NCBI GenBank assembly: GCA_044377005.1 | Contig: JBILJV010000001.1 | Location: 34,999-98,998, forward strand | From: Bacteroidia bacterium | GTDB taxonomy: Bacteria > Bacteroidota > Bacteroidia > NS11-12g > UBA955 | Reading direction: 5' to 3' | DNA length: 64,000 nt | Shown here: piece by piece, positions 31,077-40,169 of the stretch | How positions within the stretch are numbered: position 1 is the stretch's first letter | Layout: every line of letters begins with the position of its first letter | Program-made: the position numbers and the translations under genes | Notes under the pieces: model-generated | Database searches by the model: none | Seen by the model: only the letters and a program-made list of their open reading frames with translations | Told to the model about the DNA's origin: nothing

Positions 31077-31894
31077 GCTGTGTGAATGTTAAATTCTTTT
31101 AGTAATTCATTAATCCCAATCTCTTCATCTTCCTCTGCCACACTTGTGTCTGTAGTCTCTTGGTAAGTATACAATTCCCACTTATTATTGTTGTATTCCA
31201 ATGCAGTAAGGTTCTCAACCCAATCGCCACTGTTAAGATAAAGAATGGATTTATTGTTTGTATGAATGGTTTTAATTACTGGTTGGTGAATGTGGCCACA
31301 AACCACAGTTTGACAATCTTCGGAAAGGCCATAATTAATACAAACTTCCTCAAAATCATTGATAAATTTAACTGCTTTTTTAACGCTATTTTTAATTGCT
31401 TTTGATAGAGAAACACGTTTGCGACCTATTTTGTCTAAGCAATAATTGACAAATGTGTTGAGGATGATTAAAAAGTCATAACATTTGCCACCAAATTTGG
31501 CAAGCCACTTAGCATGTTGAACACTAAAATCAAAGACATCTCCGTGGAAAAATAAGGTTTTGTTATTGTTTATGTTTAATACAAGTTTGTTTATGAGCTT
31601 TATTTGACCAAAGTTCATGTCAGCAAACTTTCTTAGTAACTCATCATGGTTGCCAGTAATGTAGTAAATATCAACGCCTTTGTTCGAAAGTTTGAGTAAG
31701 TGGCGAATTATTTTCATATGACTTTTAGGGAAATACTTTTTAGAAAATTGCCAAATGTCAATAATGTCACCATTTAAAATGAGGGTTCGGGGTTTGATGC
31801 TTTTTAGGTAAGATAAAAGCTCTTTAGCCCTACAACCATATGTGCCTAAATGAACGTCAGAGATCACTACTATATCTACGTTTCTTGCTTCCAT
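31073..31894 (-). CDS. Calcineurin-like metallophosphoesterase
   Basis: DxH...GDxxD...GNHD motif series; 4-nt overlap (ATGA) with the GH1 gene, indicating co-transcription. Confidence 0.65.
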   Translation of the reverse strand: MEARNVDIVVISDVHLGTYGCRAKELLSYLKSIKPRTLILNGDIIDIWQFSKKYFPKSHMKIIRHLLKLSNKGVDIYYITGNHDELLRKFADMNFGQIKLINKLVLNINNNKTLFFHGDVFDFSVQHAKWLAKFGGKCYDFLIILNTFVNYCLDKIGRKRVSLSKAIKNSVKKAVKFINDFEEVCINYGLSEDCQTVVCGHIHQPVIKTIHTNNKSILYLNSGDWVENLTALEYNNNKWELYTYQETTDTSVAEEDEEIGINELLKEFNIHTA

Positions 31895-32118
31895 TATTTT
31901 TTCAAACAGTTACGGATTGAAATAAAGAATAAGTCAAAAAAGAGAGATTGAATAAAGTCTAAAATTCGGTTTAACATGATACAAAATTCGCAGTTGAATA
32001 TAAAAAGAACATGAATTGTGTGTTAACAAAAAAAGACAATTAACATGTGTATAATTTTTTAGAAGTTAGAGTTAAAAAAATAACAATCACGCTATAAGGT
32101 ATGAAATAATTCAATGAA

Positions 32119-34047
32119 TTAATAATCTCCGCCCACTTTCCTGTCGTTTAACTTTGTGTTGTTGATTTTTGGTAATTTAGAAGGTTTAGTTGTTAAGTTG
32201 GCACTATCAGTCAAGCTTTCCATAAAAGCTATGATTTGTTTGATCTCTTTTTTGCTCAACTCCAGTTTGTCGGTCCCTAAAGTTTGATAGTCTAATTGGA
32301 TACCAACTCCTGCACCACCGCCATTGTTGTAAAATGTCATCACCTCATCTAAGGACTGATAGGCACCATTGTGCATATATGGTTTTGAAATGGCAATGTT
32401 TCTGACCGTAGGTGTTTTAAAAGAATATTCATAAAAAGGCACTTGTTCTTTAAGCAATGCACCCCCTCTGCCTTTGTCTTTGCCTAATACTTGCTTTTTT
32501 TGATGTGGGTTTTCTGATACACCCAAAACTTCCGACTCTGATTCTGAATAAAAAGGAGGTACGCTCCCATTAAAAATAGGGGCAAAATGACAAGTGCCAC
32601 AAGCGGCTTTGCCCATAAATAAATTAAACCCTTCCACGATGTTGTTTTCAGCTTGACTCAATTTGTTGGGAGGATTCAGCATCAATTGGTCAAATTTTGA
32701 ATTGAGTCCAATAATGGAACTTACATACACACTCATGGCAAATTGGGTGTTTTGAATGGAAATGGCTTGATTGGTATCCAAATGAAAGGCTTTGCTATAC
32801 AGCGTTTTATAATCGGAACTTTGGTTTAATTTGTCTAATATGTCGTTCCAATTGGTATTAAACTCCGAGCCATTTGTAATCACATGTTCCATTTGGTCTG
32901 TTAGGTCATGCGCTCTTAAGTCATGAAAATAGCGGTCACTATAGATGCAATTAATAAGGGTAGGGGAATTTCTGTTTAAATGACCATCAAAATTATAAGC
33001 CAAACTTTTAGCCAATTGATCGGTAAAACCTTTTTCGGGATTGTGGCAACTGGCACATGAGCGTTGGTTATTTGCAGACAAAATAGGGTCAAAGAATAAC
33101 AATTGACCCAATGTTTTGGCATCATCATTAATGAATTTTTTGGGTACATTGATATAATAATCTGAATTTAAAAAATCAGAGGCAAATAAATTATTAGATA
33201 AATAATTAAATGCTTGCGGTTTGTTGTTGATTTCTGAGGGTAGTTCTAATTCTGATGCTAAATGAGCTTTAAGCAGTTGGTCATATAGCGGATTAATCAC
33301 TTGGGTTAAAAACGCATAGCGATTGAATGTTTCAAAGTTATTGTTTTGTTTTAAATAGTCTATGCCTTTATTAAGGGTTTCAAAAATAGAATCACTCAAT
33401 AGTTTATTTTTAAGCTCTATTTCAGGTTGGAATATTGTTAAATCGGATTGCATGGTTTCAAATACACTTAAGGCATCTTGAATGCCATTACCAGAACCGG
33501 GCGTGTCAAAACCTGTTAAACCCAAAGTAGCTATTCTGACTAATTCAATTCTTGCGGCAATGAAAATGTCTCTTGAGTAAATTTCAGGTAAAGTCAATTG
33601 GTTCAACTGTTTAGTCATGTAATCCAATTGGATATGCATTTCTTTTGTCAAGTGTTCAGCAGAATCATCGAAGAGTAATTCGTCTAAAACTTGTAGGCCT
33701 TTAGGTTCTAGTACATTAGCTCCAAAGCTGTTTTGTTCCAACTTAGGCAAAGGAGCGCCATTGATATTTTCTTTAATAAATGTAGCATTATAGTGTTCAG
33801 CTAAATATTCCCATGATTTATAAGATTTTCTCAAACTTAAGTAACTCGATTTTAACGCTTCAAAACTCAATGTTTTTTGTTCAAACTTGGATACGTTCCA
33901 ATTGAATTCATTAACACTTGTTTTGAAATTCTCAAATCTTTTCATATCATTTTTTTTAATGATTTCAATGGGTGAATCACTGTTTTTGAAAGCAGAAATA
34001 CATAGAATGATGATAAAAAGTGAAGTTATAGTATATAATTTATTCAT
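32119..34047 (-). CDS. Di-heme cytochrome c peroxidase/MauG-family protein with ~300-aa N-terminal extension
   Basis: Two CxxCH motifs (CASCH, CGTCH) in the C-terminal half; signal peptide. Confidence 0.75.
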   Translation of the reverse strand: MNKLYTITSLFIIILCISAFKNSDSPIEIIKKNDMKRFENFKTSVNEFNWNVSKFEQKTLSFEALKSSYLSLRKSYKSWEYLAEHYNATFIKENINGAPLPKLEQNSFGANVLEPKGLQVLDELLFDDSAEHLTKEMHIQLDYMTKQLNQLTLPEIYSRDIFIAARIELVRIATLGLTGFDTPGSGNGIQDALSVFETMQSDLTIFQPEIELKNKLLSDSIFETLNKGIDYLKQNNNFETFNRYAFLTQVINPLYDQLLKAHLASELELPSEINNKPQAFNYLSNNLFASDFLNSDYYINVPKKFINDDAKTLGQLLFFDPILSANNQRSCASCHNPEKGFTDQLAKSLAYNFDGHLNRNSPTLINCIYSDRYFHDLRAHDLTDQMEHVITNGSEFNTNWNDILDKLNQSSDYKTLYSKAFHLDTNQAISIQNTQFAMSVYVSSIIGLNSKFDQLMLNPPNKLSQAENNIVEGFNLFMGKAACGTCHFAPIFNGSVPPFYSESESEVLGVSENPHQKKQVLGKDKGRGGALLKEQVPFYEYSFKTPTVRNIAISKPYMHNGAYQSLDEVMTFYNNGGGAGVGIQLDYQTLGTDKLELSKKEIKQIIAFMESLTDSANLTTKPSKLPKINNTKLNDRKVGGDY

Positions 34048-34074
34048 AATACATTGGGCTTATTGAATGAAAAA

Positions 34075-34103
34075 GAACCGATACTTTCGTATCGGTTCTT
34101 TTA
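34075..34103 (-). terminator. Rho-independent terminator (bidirectional-capable)
   Basis: GAACCGATAC-tttc-GTATCGGTTC flanked by an A-run and a T-run; downstream of the 34130..36013 gene. Confidence 0.65.
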
Positions 34104-34129
34104 ATGATTGTTTATGTTTTGAGATAAGG

Positions 34130-36013
34130 TTATTCAACAATGAATTTTTGAGTCATTCCTTCAGCATTTCTGATGAAATAAACACCAGATGCTAATTCTT
34201 CAATGTTAATTAAATTAACACCTCTTGCTACTATTACTCTTTGTCCTTGAGCATTGTAGATGGCAATATCAGTGGTTTGGTTAAAGTTTAATTCTCTAGA
34301 AGCAGGGTTTGGATAAACTGTAAAAACATTGCTTTCTTCTTTTAAAGTATTAATAATAGAAGTTTTATTTACTTTAAAACCAGAGATAGCATAGGTTAAT
34401 GAGTTGTTATATGGGAAAGTATTCGAAGTACTTGGATGTTGAGCATTAAATAACATAGTATTTTCGTCAATTGCAACTCCACCAGTTATTTCAGCACCTG
34501 GAGAACAAGCAGTAATTCTAATCAAATTATTGAAAGTAGGGTTAGGAATACTTAAATCTAATAAATATGTTTCACATACAATTGTAACATTTGAAGGCAT
34601 TCTGTTCCAGTTTGTACCATTTAAATCTTCTTGAATTATTAAGTATTCTTTTCCATCAATGTTGATGTTATGAATACCATCTGGGTTTGAAAAATGGATA
34701 GGAGGGTAAGCATATCTGTTTTGAGAATTAATAGCAGGTGCTAAAGGTCCACCTTCAATGTATGAACGTATTAAATTAGTCGCTGGGTCGAATTCTAAAA
34801 CTCTACCATAATAGTCATTAAATTTACCAGCTCTTACTGAGTCAGCAGCTTGAGCATCAGTTCCAGTAAAGTTTGAACCTTTCAATACTCTGAATCTAGC
34901 TTTATAACCATCAATTAAACCTTGGCTAATAACACCATAACGCGCATTACCGGTATTGTATGTAAAAGCATCTCTACCTGTTTCTGTAATATAAATTTTG
35001 CCATTAGCTACAGTTCCCCATTCTAATCTGTTAAACATAGATGCACCTCTTCTTACTGCAACGGTATTTAACTGTAACAATGTATCTAGGTTGTTTTCGA
35101 TTGAAATCCATTTAGTAGGGGCATCTTGTTTGTATACATACAATTGGCCTGTAGTAAAATCACCTGCATTTGTAGCAACAAATTTTGCTAATATACCTGG
35201 AGATCCATCTTCGAATAAATAAACGGTTTTGTTATCGTTCATTACAACACCACCTTCCCAACCAGCTCTTCCCCAGTTGTATTGTTTTCTTACAGCTTTT
35301 GCATTATTTGGATCTATTTCTACCATCCAATTTAAGTTTTCGAATTTTTTCAAAACTTTGCCATTAAAACCTGGAAAACCAGCAGGTGTAGTTGTTCCAA
35401 TAATGAAGTTAGCTGTATCTTTAATACCGCTACCATTACTAAATATACCACGATTGCTTGATTGCATCCACTCTTCAGCAGTCCAGATTCTACCACTTGG
35501 TGCATTAATACCACCGCAATTCATTCCTGTTTCACCAACAGTATTAACGAAATCTACGTTAAAGAATTTGCCTTTTCTACCATCAGTTAAGGTTTGGTCA
35601 ACAACTTCTAATTGGTCGTTAGCACCTCTTTTAAGTTTGAACATAGTCATACCACCACCATCACCAATTTTAGCATCGCTTGTTACCATTTCATGATTAA
35701 CAATGACGTTGCCTAAAATACCGTTAGAGTTAGCTGGCGCTTTAGAAAAACCGATAAAATCGTGCCATTGTTTAGCAACAGACTTACCAGCAGCATTGCC
35801 ATAAGTTGCTGTAGTTTGAACCGTGTCAACTCCACCAACAAACAATACTTGTTGTTTAAGTGGGGATCTTGGCATCCAGATGGTTTTTACAGACCATGCA
35901 GTGTCAATGTTCATTGGAAACGGTGTTTGTGCATTTGCTGCAAATGCAGACAAACCCAAAGCGATAAAAGTAAAAATTTTCTTTTTCATTTTAATTAAAT
36001 ATTGTTGATGCAA
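34130..36013 (-). CDS. Secreted beta-propeller-like protein with T9SS C-terminal sorting domain (possibly PhoX-like)
   Basis: Signal peptide; C-terminal ~80-aa Por-secretion CTD (TVYPNPASRELNF...); central region with PhoX-like PDG...QED pattern; function uncertain. Confidence 0.55.
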   Translation of the reverse strand: MHQQYLIKMKKKIFTFIALGLSAFAANAQTPFPMNIDTAWSVKTIWMPRSPLKQQVLFVGGVDTVQTTATYGNAAGKSVAKQWHDFIGFSKAPANSNGILGNVIVNHEMVTSDAKIGDGGGMTMFKLKRGANDQLEVVDQTLTDGRKGKFFNVDFVNTVGETGMNCGGINAPSGRIWTAEEWMQSSNRGIFSNGSGIKDTANFIIGTTTPAGFPGFNGKVLKKFENLNWMVEIDPNNAKAVRKQYNWGRAGWEGGVVMNDNKTVYLFEDGSPGILAKFVATNAGDFTTGQLYVYKQDAPTKWISIENNLDTLLQLNTVAVRRGASMFNRLEWGTVANGKIYITETGRDAFTYNTGNARYGVISQGLIDGYKARFRVLKGSNFTGTDAQAADSVRAGKFNDYYGRVLEFDPATNLIRSYIEGGPLAPAINSQNRYAYPPIHFSNPDGIHNINIDGKEYLIIQEDLNGTNWNRMPSNVTIVCETYLLDLSIPNPTFNNLIRITACSPGAEITGGVAIDENTMLFNAQHPSTSNTFPYNNSLTYAISGFKVNKTSIINTLKEESNVFTVYPNPASRELNFNQTTDIAIYNAQGQRVIVARGVNLINIEELASGVYFIRNAEGMTQKFIVE

Positions 36014-36222
36014 AACTGCATCGACTATATTACCATTAGTTTGTTTTCAAATGAAAAGATTAGAAAGTTTGTGTTAAAATTACAAAGCTTTAATGTGTTT
36101 TTTAAATTAAAACAGAAGCATGTGCATATGAAGTTTGTAGGATTTGGGGATTTAAATGTTTGTCAACTAACAAAATAGTTAAAGGTAGTATTGAATGAGC
36201 TATATTAACAAAAAGATGGTGT

Positions 36223-37839
36223 TTACTCTTTTGCAATTTTTATTCTCTCAATATTATTCCCTATAGTAAAACTCAAAGTGTAAATGCCGGATTTAAGCAT
36301 ATCGATATTGTTAATTAATATCGCATTATTTTCAATGTTATAATAGTTCGATAATACTAGTTTACCATCTGAAGAATACATTTTAATTAAACTAGAGGTT
36401 TCTTCTGAATTTGCTAATAGGATATTAATATGGTCTTTGCACGGATTGGGAAAGGCAATATTGTTTTTATTTTTTTCAATTGATGTGATAGCCGTAGTTT
36501 TATCTTGGTATATTCTTATGTAATCAATTTCCAAATTACTTTGAGTAAATGATTGACTAATATTAGGAAGTATGGCAATATTTATTAGTAGATATTGTTC
36601 CAAATCAAAGGGCCAAGTACTATTGTTTTTTATTTCAGGTTCATATGTATAATGAACGACTGAATCAACGCTGAACTCGATTTTATTTGGAGTCCATTCC
36701 ATAGAATATAAATGAAACGAATTAGATGCATTTGGAATTGTTTGTCCTCCAAAATTGATGGTATTGCCAAAACTAGAAGTGGTGTGAATAGCACTTTGAA
36801 CAAAATTTTGATTTTGTCCCCAATGTTCTAGAATATCTATTTCGCCGCATGCTGGCCAAGACATGTTTCCAAAACCTAAGTTGTGCCAATAAGCCCCTCT
36901 TTCATCAATGTTTTTTCCTAACATCCATACAGCAGGCCATGTTCCTACGCCAGAAGGGAGTTTTGCGCTAAACTCAACCCTGCCATATTTAAAGGCAAAT
37001 TTTGAATTAAGTCTAGCAGATGTGTATTGTTTGGTATGGCCCTGGTCAGTAAAATTTTCTCTTTTAGCAATCACTTTCAATAGGCCATTCTCAACAAAAG
37101 AATTACTAGGTCTGTTAGTATAATGTTGGATTTCGCCGTTATGCCAACTGTTAGATGTGGGGAGCTGAGTTTGATGATGCCATTTGTTATCGTTGATAGC
37201 GCCGTTGGTGTCAAATTCATCAGACCATACCAGTTTTGTGTATAGAGATTTAGTTGGAGGTGTTGCCAAGTATTCAAAGTCATCAATATAGGCAAGTACG
37301 CTGTCTCTGTTATTTTCTCCATTAATTTGAATTACAACTCTATTGAAATCTTTTCTTTGGATCGGAGGCAATGACCCTGTATTTAAATTTCTATAAGCGT
37401 CTTTGGCAAAATCAAATGTTATTGTTTGCCACTCGTCTGTAAGTATAGGTTTAATTATTTCCGATTGGGTCGACCAAGGTTCGTTAATGTTGCCATCTTG
37501 AAGTTTTAAAGAAATTTGGTTGATTTGAATACCAGAGAGTCTTTTAGAAGGGACATATACTTTTAATGAAAAGACACTTCCTTTGGATAGGTCAAAATTT
37601 CTATCATTGTCAAATCTGACATTGGCATATAAGCCACCTTTGTCTAAGTATTCCAAGACCTTTGAAGAGTTGTTTTGTGGAGTATTAATTGGATTTGGAA
37701 TTCCAAGTTTAATGAAGCAATCATCGCCTTTCCATGAATTGATATTCCCATTCCCTTCAAAATCGTCTTTTAAGATTTGTGAATTGGCGATAAAAGGATA
37801 AGTTATTCCAACTATAAAGAAGACGATTTTTTTAAACAT
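36223..37839 (-). CDS. GH16 beta-glucanase (laminarinase-like) with N-terminal CBM-like domain and T9SS CTD
   Basis: LVWSDEFD and catalytic EIDILE (ExDxxE) motifs; C-terminal AFPNPCKDHINI... sorting domain; signal peptide. Confidence 0.8.
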   Translation of the reverse strand: MFKKIVFFIVGITYPFIANSQILKDDFEGNGNINSWKGDDCFIKLGIPNPINTPQNNSSKVLEYLDKGGLYANVRFDNDRNFDLSKGSVFSLKVYVPSKRLSGIQINQISLKLQDGNINEPWSTQSEIIKPILTDEWQTITFDFAKDAYRNLNTGSLPPIQRKDFNRVVIQINGENNRDSVLAYIDDFEYLATPPTKSLYTKLVWSDEFDTNGAINDNKWHHQTQLPTSNSWHNGEIQHYTNRPSNSFVENGLLKVIAKRENFTDQGHTKQYTSARLNSKFAFKYGRVEFSAKLPSGVGTWPAVWMLGKNIDERGAYWHNLGFGNMSWPACGEIDILEHWGQNQNFVQSAIHTTSSFGNTINFGGQTIPNASNSFHLYSMEWTPNKIEFSVDSVVHYTYEPEIKNNSTWPFDLEQYLLINIAILPNISQSFTQSNLEIDYIRIYQDKTTAITSIEKNKNNIAFPNPCKDHINILLANSEETSSLIKMYSSDGKLVLSNYYNIENNAILINNIDMLKSGIYTLSFTIGNNIERIKIAKE

Positions 37840-38171
37840 ATTTGATTATTTTAAAATAAGTACTAGTTTGGCAAATGTAATTCTTTTTTAAATATATCAT
37901 TATAATGTATTTGTAAAAAAAGTTAAAAACCTATTAGATTATTTATTTTTCTCATAATAATTAACGAAATAATAAGTAAAAAATAATGAAGTTTTATGAA
38001 TTATTAAAAAAGTTGATAATGTAAATATAAATATTATTAGTATTGGGATGTTTGTAATTATTTAATATGTAGTGGATTAAATATTGTAGTAGTAGTGATG
38101 TAGTGTCTTTATTTGTTAATTCAATGTTAAAAAATTTAATTTGTTTTCGGATTTAATTAAAAATACATAAA

Positions 38172-40052
38172 ATGAAAAAAAATTACAAATTTAAAATGTC
38201 TAAAGTCAGTTTGATGTCTCAAATTGCTTTATTAACCCTATTATTTTCAAGCATTGGTTTACATGCTCAAAAATCTCCAATAGATTTTGAAACAGGAGGT
38301 AATGGTGCAACATGGACGTGGACAGTTTTTGAAAATAGCTCAAACCCAGCTATTGAAATCATTACAAATCCAGACCAGTCAGGTATTAATACTTCTTCTA
38401 AAGTTATGAAATTTACAGTTTTACAAGCTGGAAATCCTTGGGCAGGTTGTGAATCAAAACGTGGTTCAACAGATTTAGACACATTTTCTTGGAATTCAAA
38501 AAATAGAATCATAAAGATAATGGTTTGGAAGCCAATAATAAGTGATGTAGGGATAAAATTTGCTACAGATTCAGGATGGGCAGAAGTTGAAGTGAAGGTG
38601 GCTAATACCAAAATTAATGAATGGGAAGAGTTAACTTTTGATTTTACAGGTAAAATTAATCCACCATCACTAAAAGGTAATTTAAATCAAATTATTATTT
38701 TCCCAGATTTTCAAGCAAGAACTAGTGATAATATCTGTTACATAGACAATATTACATTTAATACTGGTACAGCATCTGAACCAACTACGGCTGCTCCAAC
38801 TCCTACACAAGCATCTGCAGATGTAATCTCAATGTTTAGTAATGCTTACACTAATAAATCTGTAAATTCATGGAGAACTGATTGGTCTAAAGCTACTCTT
38901 ACTGATATTCAAATAGCTGGAAATGATACCAAAAAATACACTTCTTTGGATTATGTAGGAATTGAAACTTTAGGAGCTAATTTGCTAGATGTTAGAAATA
39001 TGTTGTATTTTCATTTTGATGTATGGACTCCCAATGCTAATACAGTAAGTGTAAAATTAGTTGATGTTGGAGCTAATGGAACTTTTGGAGGAGGGGATGA
39101 TAAAGAACATCAAGTTACTTTAACACCTACAAAAAACGGTTGGAATAGTTTTGATGTGCCTATGTCTGACTTCACAGGATTAACCTCTAGAGAACATATT
39201 GCTCAGTTGATATTTAATTCTACACCATCAGGTCAAGGAACCTTATACATAGACAATATTTTCTATCACAAAACGCCGATTATCGACCCTAATACGCCAC
39301 AAGAAGCTGCTCCAACTCCAGTTTTTGTAGGAACAGATGTTATTTCTTTGTTTAGTAATTCATACACCAACAAAACGGTTAATACCTGGCGCACAGAATG
39401 GTCCGATAAATCTAATTTAACAGATTTACAAATTAAAGGAAATGATACAAAAAGATATACATCATTAAATTTTGTAGGTATTGAAACTCTTGATACTAAT
39501 GTAATTGATGCTTCTAAAATGGATAGATTTTATTTTAATGCATGGACGCCTAATTTAACTTCACTTAAAGTAAAATTAGTTGACTTTGGTGCTAATGGTG
39601 CTGTAGGTGGTGGTGATGATAAAGAACATGAACTAACATTGACTACTCCTACTTTAAATGCTTGGAATACTTATGACTTGCCTTTATCTAGTTTTACTGG
39701 TTTAACAACTAAATCACACATTGCTCAATACATATTAGTGGGAACTCCATCAGGTTCAGGTACTTTGTTTATTGACAATGTTTTATTTAGAAAAGAAGCA
39801 CTTTCTGTTTCTAGTACTACTTTAAATACTATCAGTGTTTATCCAAACCCAGCGACTGAACAAGTTACATTATCTTCAGTTACTACTATTACTTCAGTTG
39901 AATTGTTCAATAGCTTAGGTCAAAAAGTATTAAGCTTAAATTCTGATTCTAATATTGTAACAATCGATATTACTAATCTTAATAAAGGTGTTTATACTAT
40001 AAAAACAAATACTTATAATGGACAATCTGTTTCTAAAGTGATTGTAGAATAG
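38172..40052 (+). CDS. Secreted triple CBM-like-domain protein with T9SS CTD (putative beta-glucan-binding protein)
   Basis: Three ~170-aa homologous domains ending in IDNI(T/F)F-like strands; domains 2 and 3 form a 172-codon tandem repeat; C-terminal SVYPNPATEQVTL CTD. Confidence 0.7.
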   Translation: MKKNYKFKMSKVSLMSQIALLTLLFSSIGLHAQKSPIDFETGGNGATWTWTVFENSSNPAIEIITNPDQSGINTSSKVMKFTVLQAGNPWAGCESKRGSTDLDTFSWNSKNRIIKIMVWKPIISDVGIKFATDSGWAEVEVKVANTKINEWEELTFDFTGKINPPSLKGNLNQIIIFPDFQARTSDNICYIDNITFNTGTASEPTTAAPTPTQASADVISMFSNAYTNKSVNSWRTDWSKATLTDIQIAGNDTKKYTSLDYVGIETLGANLLDVRNMLYFHFDVWTPNANTVSVKLVDVGANGTFGGGDDKEHQVTLTPTKNGWNSFDVPMSDFTGLTSREHIAQLIFNSTPSGQGTLYIDNIFYHKTPIIDPNTPQEAAPTPVFVGTDVISLFSNSYTNKTVNTWRTEWSDKSNLTDLQIKGNDTKRYTSLNFVGIETLDTNVIDASKMDRFYFNAWTPNLTSLKVKLVDFGANGAVGGGDDKEHELTLTTPTLNAWNTYDLPLSSFTGLTTKSHIAQYILVGTPSGSGTLFIDNVLFRKEALSVSSTTLNTISVYPNPATEQVTLSSVTTITSVELFNSLGQKVLSLNSDSNIVTIDITNLNKGVYTIKTNTYNGQSVSKVIVE

Positions 40053-40071
40053 CCTTTTTATAAATTGTTGT

Positions 40072-40112
40072 TAAAAGCTAGATGTGGATTTAATTTGCAT
40101 CTAGCTTTTTTT
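40072..40112 (+). terminator. Rho-independent terminator
   Basis: AAAGCTAGATG-13 nt loop-CATCTAGCTTT followed by TTTTTT. Confidence 0.7.
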
Positions 40113-40169
40113 ATGCCCATGTTAAATTGAATAGGGTATTAAGTTGCTAATTTAAAATGAATTAGATGT

